The notes under the pieces: generated by a model
Seen by the model: the letters and a program-made list of their open reading frames with translations, nothing else
Database searches by the model: none
Told to the model about the DNA's origin: nothing
Shown: in pieces, positions 18,060 to 26,343 of the stretch
How positions within the stretch are numbered: the first letter of the stretch is position 1
How the letters are laid out: every line of letters starts with the position of its first letter
Position numbers and translations under genes: made by a program
Assembly: GCA_944349515.1 (NCBI GenBank)
Contig: CALVNE010000003.1
Location: forward strand, 3,331 to 67,330
DNA: 64,000 nucleotides
Reading direction: 5' to 3'
Source: an uncultured Clostridia bacterium
GTDB lineage: Bacteria; Bacillota; Clostridia; Christensenellales; UBA1242

Positions 18060-18184
18060 CCGCAACTGCGAGGCAGTGCCTCGCCTTCACTGAACGCGTC
18101 AGTGTTCCTTCACTGCAAACCGCAAGGTTTGCCTTCACTGGAAAGATGCAATCTTTCCCTTCACTAAAAAATCTACGATTTTTT
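18060..18184 (-). repeat. AGTGAAGG-hairpin tandem array, reverse orientation (4 units plus tail motif)
   Basis: CCGCAACT at 18060; CCTTCACT at 18084, 18107, 18132 and 18158. The last hairpin AAAAAATC-TAC-GATTTTTT abuts the spoIIIAF AAGGAG. Confidence 0.95.
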
Positions 18185-18195
18185 AAGGAGTTTTT

Positions 18196-18708
18196 ATGAG
18201 CGGAATTTCTGCATGGTTATTGTCAATCACAGGCGTGATACTTTTGTCGGTTTTAAGCGAGTTTATTTTGCCGGAGGGGCAGATAAATAGGTACACCAAA
18301 GTGATTTTTGCCTTTGTTACCATTTTTGTTATCATTTCACCGCTTCCGTCGCTACTAGACAAAGAGATAGACTTTTCTTTCCCTTCCTATGATTCCGCGC
18401 TTCAAGAGGACTATCTTCACGAGATAAACCTCAGCAAGCTCAGCGCCTTGCAAACCGACCTTCAATCCGAACTTGAAAATGCGGGTATTTACAATGTGAG
18501 CATTTCCATTTCGGCGAACGCGTACAGCGAAAATTTGCAGATTTATGGAATTTATGTCGAACTTTGCGATGTGTCATTTTCTGCCGATTTTGAAAATAAA
18601 AATGTTAGTGAGGCAAAGCGAGCAATAGAAGAGATAATTTCATATATGCCAGCGCTTAGTGATGTGCCGATAACGTATGATGTCGACAAACGCGGAGCGT
18701 TTGAGTGA
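18196..18708 (+). CDS. spoIIIAF: stage III sporulation protein AF
   Basis: 170 aa. The N-terminal double TM (..WLLSITGVILLSVLSEFILPEG..YTKVIF..) resembles SpoIIIAF. AAGGAG RBS. Confidence 0.8.
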   Translation: MSGISAWLLSITGVILLSVLSEFILPEGQINRYTKVIFAFVTIFVIISPLPSLLDKEIDFSFPSYDSALQEDYLHEINLSKLSALQTDLQSELENAGIYNVSISISANAYSENLQIYGIYVELCDVSFSADFENKNVSEAKRAIEEIISYMPALSDVPITYDVDKRGAFE

Positions 18709-18811
18709 AGGGAAAGCCTTGCTTTCCAGTAAAGGAATGCCAAAGGCATTCAGTGAAGGGAAACCTGTCGGTTTTCAGTGAAGGCGAACCTTTGGTTCGC
18801 AGTTGCGGAAT
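18687..18811 (+). repeat. AGTGAAGG-hairpin tandem array beginning inside the spoIIIAF 3' end
   Basis: CAAACGC-GGA-GCGTTTG at 18687. AGTGAAGG/AGTAAAGG at 18704, 18728, 18752 and 18777; AGTTGCGG at 18801. Confidence 0.95.
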
Positions 18812-18951
18812 GTGTTAGAGGGCAAAATTTAAAAAATTTCCTCTCAAAAACCAAAGAAAGATTTAGAGTGTGTAAGTCGGGCGTTGATAGGTTTTGTGTA
18901 ATGCTAATTAAAGCATATGACCACTCTAATCAAAACCACTTTATGGTGCCG

Positions 18952-18987
18952 CAGTGAAAAACGAAGAAAGAAAAGTTGTGGAAAAGG
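18952..18987 (+). repeat. solo tail module of the repeat family
   Basis: CAGTGAAAAACGAAGAAAGAAAAGTTGTGGAAAAGG matches the tails at 53596 and 24787 (reverse complement). Confidence 0.7.
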
Positions 18988-19023
18988 CGGAGAGGCGAAA
19001 ACAGCATATTTTAAGGAGTGGAT

Positions 19024-19539
19024 ATGGATAAGTTAAAAGAGTTGTATAACAAAATAAAATCGGTTAAGCACATTGAAATTTATCTTGCGCTAATACTGTG
19101 CGTAATTGTTGCGCTGTGTTACTTTTTCTTCCTTAGCCCTGAGAGTGACAAAAAAGAGGAAAATTCGACAGAAAATTACACTAACGCTGTAGAATATGCC
19201 GACTATCTCGAGCATAAATTATGTAATGTATTGTCCGACATGACGGGGGTTAAAAGTGTCAGTGCTATAGTCACGCTGGACGGAGGGTTCACCTATGAAT
19301 ACGCGGTCGACTCTGAACAGAACACCACAAACTCCGGTTCGTCCTCCACCTCCGTTACAACGGACACGACAATTTTAGTTGACGGACAGCCAATAATCGT
19401 CAAAGTGAATTATCCAAAAATAAAGGGGGTGGTGATAGTTGCCGAGGGAAGTGAAGATTTTAGTGTGAAGATGAACATTTTGGAAGCGGTGCAGACCTTG
19501 CTGGAAATAAGTGCCAGCGACATAACAGTGTTATATTAA
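19024..19539 (+). CDS. spoIIIAG: stage III sporulation protein AG
   Basis: N-terminal TM. C-terminal ..PKIKGVVIVAEGSEDFSVKMNILEAVQTLLEISASDITV is a SpoIIIAG signature. AAGGAG lies 5 nt before the ATG at 19024. Confidence 0.85.
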   Translation: MDKLKELYNKIKSVKHIEIYLALILCVIVALCYFFFLSPESDKKEENSTENYTNAVEYADYLEHKLCNVLSDMTGVKSVSAIVTLDGGFTYEYAVDSEQNTTNSGSSSTSVTTDTTILVDGQPIIVKVNYPKIKGVVIVAEGSEDFSVKMNILEAVQTLLEISASDITVLY

Positions 19540-19558
19540 TTTTTAAAAGGAGAATAAA

Positions 19559-20023
19559 ATGAAAAAGAGAACAAAAATAATCATTCTTTCACTTATGATT
19601 GTGCTTCTTGGCGTGACGGGATATCTCAACATCGTTTTAAATAACAACATAACGCCAACAACCACAACGACCACTACTTCGATGTATGTTTCCTATCGTA
19701 ATGACAGAGAAACTTTGCGCGACCAACAAATTCTTTATTACGATGCCATAATCGATAACGAATCTTCTAGTGAGGAAGCGGTGAAAAAAGCCGAGGAGGC
19801 TAAAATGCAACTTATCGAGAACATGGGCAAGGAGTTCGAGGCAGAAACTGCCGTTAAAAATTGCGGTTTTTCCGATTGCATCGTGTCGATAACGGACCCT
19901 AACGTCAATGTGGTTGTGCAATGCGCGTCGATTACCAACGAGGAAAACATGGTTATCACCGACGCCGTTAGAAGTGCCTTGCAGATTGACGCGAAATATA
20001 TCATCATAATTCCTGCTGAATAA
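19559..20023 (+). CDS. spoIIIAH: stage III sporulation protein AH (SpoIIIAH-like)
   Basis: 154 aa with N-terminal TM, last gene of the cluster. Call rests mainly on position and topology. Confidence 0.65.
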   Translation: MKKRTKIIILSLMIVLLGVTGYLNIVLNNNITPTTTTTTTSMYVSYRNDRETLRDQQILYYDAIIDNESSSEEAVKKAEEAKMQLIENMGKEFEAETAVKNCGFSDCIVSITDPNVNVVVQCASITNEENMVITDAVRSALQIDAKYIIIIPAE

Positions 20024-20085
20024 ACTTAAATTGTTTGCTTTTTATAAAAAGATATGCTAAAATGGTGCTGTAAAAGGGGTATTTT

Positions 20086-20457
20086 ATGGCAGTTAAGTCA
20101 GAAGATAGCAAAAATAAAGGCAAAATTACGCTCGACCGCAACATTTTGGTGTCGATTATTGATTTGGCAACAAAAGAGATTAACGGCGTGGAAAGTATTT
20201 ACAACAAAAACCGACCGTTTATAAAAAGAATGTTCAATCGATATGATGACGGGGTGCAAGTTAGGTTTGAAAAGAACGGCGCACTGACCATTGATGTTTA
20301 TATTAAGATTTATGTCGGCTTTAATGTGCCGGATATCGCTTTCCGTGTGCAAGAGAACATAAGAAACTCGCTTGCCACCATGGTGGCGTTAAAGCCGATG
20401 AAGATAAACGTGCATATTGTGGACGTCGAGTGCGACAAAGAGGTGAGCGATGCGTAG
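20086..20457 (+). CDS. Asp23/Gls24 family envelope stress protein
   Basis: 123 aa. ..GKITLDRNILVSIIDLATKEINGV.. is typical of Asp23. Same position as yqhY after spoIIIA in B. subtilis. Confidence 0.85.
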   Translation: MAVKSEDSKNKGKITLDRNILVSIIDLATKEINGVESIYNKNRPFIKRMFNRYDDGVQVRFEKNGALTIDVYIKIYVGFNVPDIAFRVQENIRNSLATMVALKPMKINVHIVDVECDKEVSDA

Positions 20458-20827
20458 GGACGCAAGAGTTGGCGCCTTCAAACTTATCTTTGAAACCCTT
20501 TTTAAGGACGCGGAAGAGGAAACGCTTAACGAAATAATTAGCCCACTTAAGGAAGCGGACATCAAGTTTTGCGAGGATATCTTTAGTGCCTACACTAAGC
20601 ACAGGAAGGAACTTGAGAGCGAGGTGTCGGCGCACTTAAAAAACTTCGACATTTCGCGCGTTTATCGCATCGACCTTGCGCTCATTTACCTTGCCTTAAC
20701 AGAAATTAAGTACCTTTCCACTCCTAAGGCGGTGGCAATGAACGAGGCGATTGAAATTTCTAAAAAATATTCCACCTCCGACAGCAAAAGATTTATAAAT
20801 GGTGTACTTTCGGCGATAATAGGTTAG
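20450..20827 (+). CDS. nusB: transcription antitermination factor NusB
   Basis: 125 aa. RRDARVGAFKLIF.. and the NusB helical fold pattern. Synteny asp23-nusB-xseA. Confidence 0.85.
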   Translation: MRRDARVGAFKLIFETLFKDAEEETLNEIISPLKEADIKFCEDIFSAYTKHRKELESEVSAHLKNFDISRVYRIDLALIYLALTEIKYLSTPKAVAMNEAIEISKKYSTSDSKRFINGVLSAIIG

Positions 20828-20828
20828 T

Positions 20829-22025
20829 ATGGATTCAATCAGTGTCACAAAGTTTAATAGCATTGTTAGAGATATCTTTAACAGCGAGGAACTTCTCCAC
20901 AACATCAGTATTGTTGGAGAAGTTTTTGGCGTGTCAAGAGCAAAGTCCGCCATTTACTTTTCGCTGAAAGACGAAGAAAGCACGCTCCCTTGCATAACCT
21001 TCAATCAAGACCTTTTTGATGAGATAAAAGAAGGGGACTTAGTGACCATACAAGGTTCGCCTAACTTCTATGTTAAAAGCGGGCGCTTTAATTTTATCAC
21101 CTATAAGATTGCGCCAGCGGGGCTGGGGATTCTATATCAACGCTTTGTGGAACTAAAAAACAAACTAGAAAAAGAGGGCTTGTTCGCCGAGGAACACAAA
21201 AAACCTATGCCTAAAAGTATCAAGCGAATCGGCGTTGTAACAAGCAAAGACGGCGCGGTTATTCAAGATATTAAGAATGTTGCATGGCGTCGAAATCCGT
21301 CGGTCGACATCGTGCTTTACCCGTGTAAGGTGCAAGGGAACGGCGCGGAAAAGGAAATTGTGGAAGGAATTGACTTCTTTTCGAACTACGATAAAGTCGA
21401 CGCCGTGATTGTGGCGCGAGGCGGTGGCTCCATGGAAGATTTATCCGCCTATAACACCGAGATTGTGGCGCGTTCGGCGTATAACTGCAACAAATTCCTT
21501 GTTTCTGCGGTGGGGCATGAGGTGGATTTTACAATTATCGACTTTGTCAGCGATTTGCGTGCGCCAACGCCGAGTGCCGCGGCAGAATTACTTACCGAGG
21601 ATAGGCAAAAGGAAAGGTTGAATTTTGGGCATATTTACAGTAAACTTACAAGGCAACTTAATGCCTACATTGCCGACAACTTAGATTTGTACAACAACCT
21701 AACTTCCTCGTTTTTAACCCGCGCTGAGGATTTACTTGAAGATAAAAAGGCGAGGTTATTAACGGGAGTAAATAAACTTTCCTATCTCTCAGAAAAACTT
21801 ATAACGCGCGCTCAGCATGAACTTGAACTAAAACTTAGCGCTTTGCCAAGTTTAAACCCGTACAACGTGCTTAAACGAGGTTACGCGAAGGTGGAGCAAA
21901 ACGGGAAGCCTATAAAGCGCGTCTTGGATGTGGACGAGAAAACGCCGGTCGCTATTTACCTGCAAGACGGGGAACTAATTGCAAGTGTTCAAGAAAAAAT
22001 TTATAAAGAACAAAAGAATGTGTGA
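20829..22025 (+). CDS. xseA: exodeoxyribonuclease VII large subunit
   Basis: 398 aa. N-terminal OB fold (VSKFN..I.GEV..), ..GVVTS..GAVIQDI.., ..ARGGGS.EDL.. Confidence 0.9.
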   Translation: MDSISVTKFNSIVRDIFNSEELLHNISIVGEVFGVSRAKSAIYFSLKDEESTLPCITFNQDLFDEIKEGDLVTIQGSPNFYVKSGRFNFITYKIAPAGLGILYQRFVELKNKLEKEGLFAEEHKKPMPKSIKRIGVVTSKDGAVIQDIKNVAWRRNPSVDIVLYPCKVQGNGAEKEIVEGIDFFSNYDKVDAVIVARGGGSMEDLSAYNTEIVARSAYNCNKFLVSAVGHEVDFTIIDFVSDLRAPTPSAAAELLTEDRQKERLNFGHIYSKLTRQLNAYIADNLDLYNNLTSSFLTRAEDLLEDKKARLLTGVNKLSYLSEKLITRAQHELELKLSALPSLNPYNVLKRGYAKVEQNGKPIKRVLDVDEKTPVAIYLQDGELIASVQEKIYKEQKNV

Positions 22026-22039
22026 ATAAGGAGAAATAA

Positions 22040-22255
22040 ATGGAAAAATTAATATATGAAGATGCCATAAAGGAATTAGAGGAGATAACAAATAAACTCG
22101 ACAGCGAAAGTTTGCCGCTAAGTAAAAGCGAGGAACTTTTTTCGCGCGCGCTAGAACTTGCCAAATTTTGCCAAAAGGAACTATCTAAATCCACCAAAAA
22201 ACTCTTTGAAATAAAGAAGGAGTTTGATAGCATTCAAGAGGAGGAAAGCGAATGA
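22040..22255 (+). CDS. xseB: exodeoxyribonuclease VII small subunit
   Basis: 71 aa. ..YEDAIKELEEI...L.. helical protein directly after xseA. Confidence 0.85.
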   Translation: MEKLIYEDAIKELEEITNKLDSESLPLSKSEELFSRALELAKFCQKELSKSTKKLFEIKKEFDSIQEEESE

Positions 22256-23979
22256 AACTAAGTAAACTTGTCGGCGAGCGCTATAAAGAAACGCCAAATG
22301 GAGCACAACTTAAAAGCCACATCTTGCTTCTTCGCGCGGGCTACATAAAGCAGGTGAGCACCGGTATTTTTTCCATGCTTCCACCAGCGCAGAGAGTGAG
22401 CCAAAAAATTCAAAATATCATCCGCGAAGAGATGAACGCCATCGGCGGTCAAGAGGTCTTATTCCCTGTTGTTATGCCAAGGGAACTTTGGGAGATGTCT
22501 GGGCGCTACCAAACCATTCAAGAGGAACTACTCCGCTTTAAAGACAGAACTGGTCACGATATGCTCTTAGGTATGACGCATGAAGAGGCGGCTGTTCACA
22601 TGGTTATGAACACCGTGAAAAGCCACGACGAACTCCCTTGCATGATTTATCAAATTCAAACCAAATATCGTGACGAGGCGCGCCCACGCGGTGGACTTAT
22701 TCGCGTTAGAGAATTTCTTATGAAGGACGCCTACTCCTTTCACACTTCGCAGGAGGATTTGGATAGTTACTACAAAAAAGTCTATGACGCCTACAACAGA
22801 ATCTACAAGCGCATTGGGCTTAAAAACTTCATATCCGTGAAGTCCGACAGCGGCATTATGGGCGGTAAGGTGGCGGATGAGTTTATGCTTGTCACCGACA
22901 GCGGAGAAGATAGGCTTGTGCTGTGCGATAAGTGCGGGTATAAGGCGAACATGGAGGTCGCAAGTGGCGTCAAAACTCCAAACGCAGAATGCGAGATGAA
23001 AGAACTTGAAGAGGTTTTCACAGGTAACGCCAAAACGATTGAAGAACTATGCCACTACCTTGAAATAAAGCCGGAAGAGACCGTCAAGGCGGTGTGCTAT
23101 GTAACAAGCGAGGAAAAACTTGTTGTGGCGTTTCTTCGTGGCGACTATGAGATTAACGAAAAGAAACTAGCAAAACTTTGTAAGAGCGAAATTAAAGTTG
23201 CCGACACCGACAAATTTGGTTTGGTGGCGGGCAATATTGGTTGTGTCAACTTGACCGTGCCAGAGGATGCACTTGTTTTCTATGACACCTCAATTGCGGG
23301 CTTAACAAATTTCGTCACCGGTGCCAACCGTGCAGATTACCACCTAAAGAATGTGTGCGCTTCGCGTGATTTGGCGGGCGTAAGTTATAACGATATTGCG
23401 CTTGTGAAAGAGGGCGATTGTTGCCCTGTGTGCGGGGAAAAATTGAGGCTGACGCGCGGTATTGAGATAGGCAACATCTTCCAACTCGGCACAAAATACA
23501 CCAAAACCATGGGCATGAAGGTCAGCATGCCAAACGGAAGCAGTATGGAGCCAATCATGGGTTGCTATGGCATAGGAATAGGCAGGGCGCTTGCCAGCAT
23601 AATTGAAGAAAAGGGCGATGATAAGGGTATTGTTTGGCCGATGACGGTTGCGCCATGGCAGGTGCATTTCTGCCCACTTCGACTTGACGACGAAAATGTT
23701 TCGGCGGTGGCTGACGAACTCTATAAGAAGATGCTTGACGCTGGCATTGAGGTGCTGTACGATGACCGCATTGTTTCCGCTGGCGTGAAACTCACTGACA
23801 GCGAACTTATGGGCATGCCAATTCGCGTGGTGATTAGCCCTAAAACCATGGCAAACGGCACAGCCGAAGTGACCATGCGCGAAACTGGCGAAACAAACTT
23901 CATTCCTCTTCAAAACCTCCTAAGCGAACTTAAAGCCATAATCGAAGATGAGATAGAAGAAATAAACAAAAATCTTTGA
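22252..23979 (+). CDS. proS: proline--tRNA ligase (bacterial type with INS editing domain)
   Basis: 575 aa. Class II motifs (..FRDE.RPRGGLIRVREF..; ..GCYGIGIGR..). 4-nt overlap with xseB. Confidence 0.95.
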   Translation: MKLSKLVGERYKETPNGAQLKSHILLLRAGYIKQVSTGIFSMLPPAQRVSQKIQNIIREEMNAIGGQEVLFPVVMPRELWEMSGRYQTIQEELLRFKDRTGHDMLLGMTHEEAAVHMVMNTVKSHDELPCMIYQIQTKYRDEARPRGGLIRVREFLMKDAYSFHTSQEDLDSYYKKVYDAYNRIYKRIGLKNFISVKSDSGIMGGKVADEFMLVTDSGEDRLVLCDKCGYKANMEVASGVKTPNAECEMKELEEVFTGNAKTIEELCHYLEIKPEETVKAVCYVTSEEKLVVAFLRGDYEINEKKLAKLCKSEIKVADTDKFGLVAGNIGCVNLTVPEDALVFYDTSIAGLTNFVTGANRADYHLKNVCASRDLAGVSYNDIALVKEGDCCPVCGEKLRLTRGIEIGNIFQLGTKYTKTMGMKVSMPNGSSMEPIMGCYGIGIGRALASIIEEKGDDKGIVWPMTVAPWQVHFCPLRLDDENVSAVADELYKKMLDAGIEVLYDDRIVSAGVKLTDSELMGMPIRVVISPKTMANGTAEVTMRETGETNFIPLQNLLSELKAIIEDEIEEINKNL

Positions 23980-23995
23980 GGACTCAAAGATTTTT
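23968..23995 (+). terminator. 13-bp hairpin AAAAATCTTTGAG-GA-CTCAAAGATTTTT overlapping the proS stop; head of the repeat array
   Basis: Read directly. Stem plus T5. The TGA stop (23977-23979) lies in the left arm. Confidence 0.75.
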
Positions 23996-23996
23996 G

Positions 23997-24123
23997 AGTG
24001 AAGGCAAAAATCACAGATTTTTGCAGTGAAGGCGAGCAAATGCTCGCAGTGAAGGAACGCTGACGCGTTCAGTGAAGGCGAGCCGGTGGCTCGCAGTTGT
24101 GGATGATTTTAGAAAGTGAAGGG
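23997..24123 (+). repeat. AGTGAAGG-hairpin tandem array (4 units plus tail)
   Basis: AGTGAAGG at 23997, 24025, 24048 and 24071. AGTTGTGG at 24095, followed by ATGATTTTAGAAAGTGAAGGG. Confidence 0.95.
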
Positions 24124-24216
24124 TTTGGGAAAGTTTTAAGTTTTTGTTGCATCATAACTTTGTTAGTTTGATTAGATTATAATTCTAAACGGCATCTTAT
24201 TTGAATAAAATATTGT

Positions 24217-24774
24217 ATGAAAAAAAATTCTTTGCGCTGGGCTTTTAAGGTGCTTGTTTTATCCATTTGCCTATCCATTATTTTCAGTTTGTTTTCGCAA
24301 AGTTTACTGCCAACGTTGTCGCCATTTTTCTCGGTCTTTGTGATAATTTTTTTTATTTTTGTGGCGGTGGTGTTCGATATGATTGCCGTTGCCTTCACAA
24401 CAATTAGCGAAGAAAAACTTTTGCCATACAAAGAGGAAAAAGGTTATAATGTGGCGCTGTCACTCTGCAAAAATGCCGACAGAGTGGCGTCGTTTGGCGG
24501 AGATGTGGTGGGCGATATTTGCGGAATTTTGAGCGGTGCCGGCGGTGTAAGTTTGGTTATAAATATGAACATTCAAGACGCCGAACTTAATCTACTTGTG
24601 ACGTGTTTAGTGAGCAGTTTGATTGCGGGAATCACCATTTTCTGCAAGGCGATTATGAAAACCTACGCCCTCGATAATTGCGTTAAAATCGCCCTCAAAA
24701 CCGGCTCGCATTTGGAGTTTAAAAAGAAGAAACAAAGCGCAGAAAAGAAAAACGATAAGGAAAACAAAGTTTAA
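24217..24774 (+). CDS. hypothetical polytopic membrane protein
   Basis: 185-aa ORF with several TM helices and a K-rich tail. No family recognised. Confidence 0.55.
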   Translation: MKKNSLRWAFKVLVLSICLSIIFSLFSQSLLPTLSPFFSVFVIIFFIFVAVVFDMIAVAFTTISEEKLLPYKEEKGYNVALSLCKNADRVASFGGDVVGDICGILSGAGGVSLVINMNIQDAELNLLVTCLVSSLIAGITIFCKAIMKTYALDNCVKIALKTGSHLEFKKKKQSAEKKNDKENKV

Positions 24775-24786
24775 AACCCCGCATTC

Positions 24787-24825
24787 CCTTTTCCACAACT
24801 TTCACTTTTCACTCTTCACTTTATA
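24787..24825 (-). repeat. solo tail module of the repeat family (reverse orientation)
   Basis: The plus strand reads CCCTTTTCCACAACTTTCACTTTTCACTCTTCACTT, the reverse complement of AAGTGAAGAGTGAAAAGTGAAAGTTGTGGAAAAGGG. Confidence 0.8.
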
Positions 24826-24837
24826 ATAATAAATTGC

Positions 24838-24866
24838 TTTACAAAATTCGAGAAGGGTGCTATAAT
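24838..24866 (+). promoter_or_regulatory. sigmaA-type promoter, apparently giving a leaderless mRNA
   Basis: TTTACA, 17-nt spacer, extended -10 TGcTATAAT (24858-24866). The ATG of the next gene is at 24874 with no SD between. Confidence 0.5.
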
Positions 24867-24873
24867 ATGGCGT

Positions 24874-25944
24874 ATGGAAATTTTTAGTCATTCGCTTATT
24901 CATGCGCTTGAGGAAGTGTTGAAGATGATGCCGATTCTCTTTTTGGCATATCTTCTTGTTTCATACCTTTCGCACGACCACAATCATAAATTTTCCGGAT
25001 TTTTAAGCAAAAAGAAAAAGACAAGTGTTTTGTATGCGTCCTTTTTAGGTTGCGTTCCGCAGTGCGGTTTTAGTTCTGTTATTGCCGACCTATATTCAAG
25101 GCAAAAGGTGACGCTCGGCACGCTTATAGCGGTGTTTGTGGCGACGAGCGACGAGGCGATTCCTATCATGATTGCCACGCCGAATCAAATTTTGAATATG
25201 CTCCTACTTATCGGCATAAAGATAGTGCTTGCCCTCCTTTGGGGCTATGGCATTGATTTTGTGGTGGAAATTTTTTCTAAAATCTATAAAAAACACAAGC
25301 AAAAAAGGGCGCAAAAAGAAATTCAAAGCGAAAAGGCGTTCGGAAAAACCTTGCAAGTGTTAAATAAAGAGAATGGCCAAAATGCCGGCGGGGTTTTGGA
25401 AGTTTCGCTTAAAGCAAGTGGCGAGGGTGTTGCCAATACGGCTGAGGTCGAAGAAGAGCACTCGCATCACCACCACATTCACGAGTGCGGGCATATACAC
25501 AGTGACACTTGCGATGAGCATTGCCACCATGACGAACAGTGTTGTGTTGACAACATCTTCCTTGACGCCTTTAAGCACACGCTGGAAATTGCTATCTACA
25601 TTTTTATCGCCACATTTATCATTAATATTCTCATCGAGTACTTTACGCTTGACATCTTCACCACCATTCTCACCGATAACGCCATAATTCAAATTCTCAT
25701 CGCGTGCGTGCTGGGGCTTATTCCAAACTGCGCCTCGTCGGTGTTACTTGTGGAACTTTTCACCTTGGGCGCACTGTCTTTCCCAGCGCTTGTTGCGGGG
25801 CTATCGACCGGCGCGGGCGTGGGGCTTGTTGTGCTAGTCACGCGCAACCGGAACGTCCTAAAAAATCTCGGCATACTTGTACTTCAACTTTGCATTGGCA
25901 TAATAAGTGGACTTGTGGTGCTGGGGTTTTATCAACTTGTTTAA
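24874..25944 (+). CDS. putative metal-ion transporter (ArsP_2/DUF2899-like permease) with His/Cys-rich loop
   Basis: 356 aa, polytopic. ..FLGCVPQCGFSSV..ATSDEAIP.. resembles the putative 10-TM heavy-metal exporter family. Loop EEHSHHHHIHECGHIHSDTCDEHCHHDEQCC. Confidence 0.65.
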   Translation: MEIFSHSLIHALEEVLKMMPILFLAYLLVSYLSHDHNHKFSGFLSKKKKTSVLYASFLGCVPQCGFSSVIADLYSRQKVTLGTLIAVFVATSDEAIPIMIATPNQILNMLLLIGIKIVLALLWGYGIDFVVEIFSKIYKKHKQKRAQKEIQSEKAFGKTLQVLNKENGQNAGGVLEVSLKASGEGVANTAEVEEEHSHHHHIHECGHIHSDTCDEHCHHDEQCCVDNIFLDAFKHTLEIAIYIFIATFIINILIEYFTLDIFTTILTDNAIIQILIACVLGLIPNCASSVLLVELFTLGALSFPALVAGLSTGAGVGLVVLVTRNRNVLKNLGILVLQLCIGIISGLVVLGFYQLV

Positions 25945-26135
25945 GCTCTCACAATTAGTGTTTAGGCGAATAAATTTGCCTAAAATATATCCACTCATGT
26001 CTTTCTTTTATGGTATAAATTATTAAAGTTAGATAATAGTGGTAGTAAAACCGAATAAATTTGTGCTGAAATTTCGAAAAATCACTTTCGGCGCGTTAAG
26101 ATTTATAAACATTTCATAAAAATATGCGAAAATGC

Positions 26136-26164
26136 TTGCAAAAAGCATTTTTTTGTGTTATAAT
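26136..26164 (+). promoter_or_regulatory. sigmaA-type promoter of rpsB-tsf
   Basis: TTGCAA, 17-nt spacer, extended -10 TGtTATAAT. Leaves a ~175-nt leader. Overlaps the hairpin AAATGCTT-GCAA-AAGCATTT. Confidence 0.55.
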
Positions 26165-26343
26165 CGTGCCGTCATTGGACAAATAAGCACTCAAAGTAAA
26201 TTTTTAAACAGGTTGCCTGAACGCTTGCAAACTTTGGTTATGTGTTTTAAATTATGAATTTGTTTGCAGGTAAAAGAGTAATCTTGGGTTGGTTTAAAGA
26301 GTTAAAACTTTGAGGAAGGACAAAAACTAGGAGGTAAAAAATT

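Noticed and set aside
17700-18184. Could the AGTGAAGG arrays be CRISPR arrays?
   Set aside because: The constant part is only 8-9 nt and the variable parts are 14-17 nt. Those variable parts are themselves palindromic, and some recur at other loci. Arrays are short and scattered at gene 3' ends, and no cas genes or leader are present. This does not fit CRISPR architecture.
26165-26343. The ~175-nt rpsB leader as a known cis-regulator.
   Set aside because: Some stem potential exists, but I recognise no conserved S2-binding pseudoknot or riboswitch motif. It is left unannotated.
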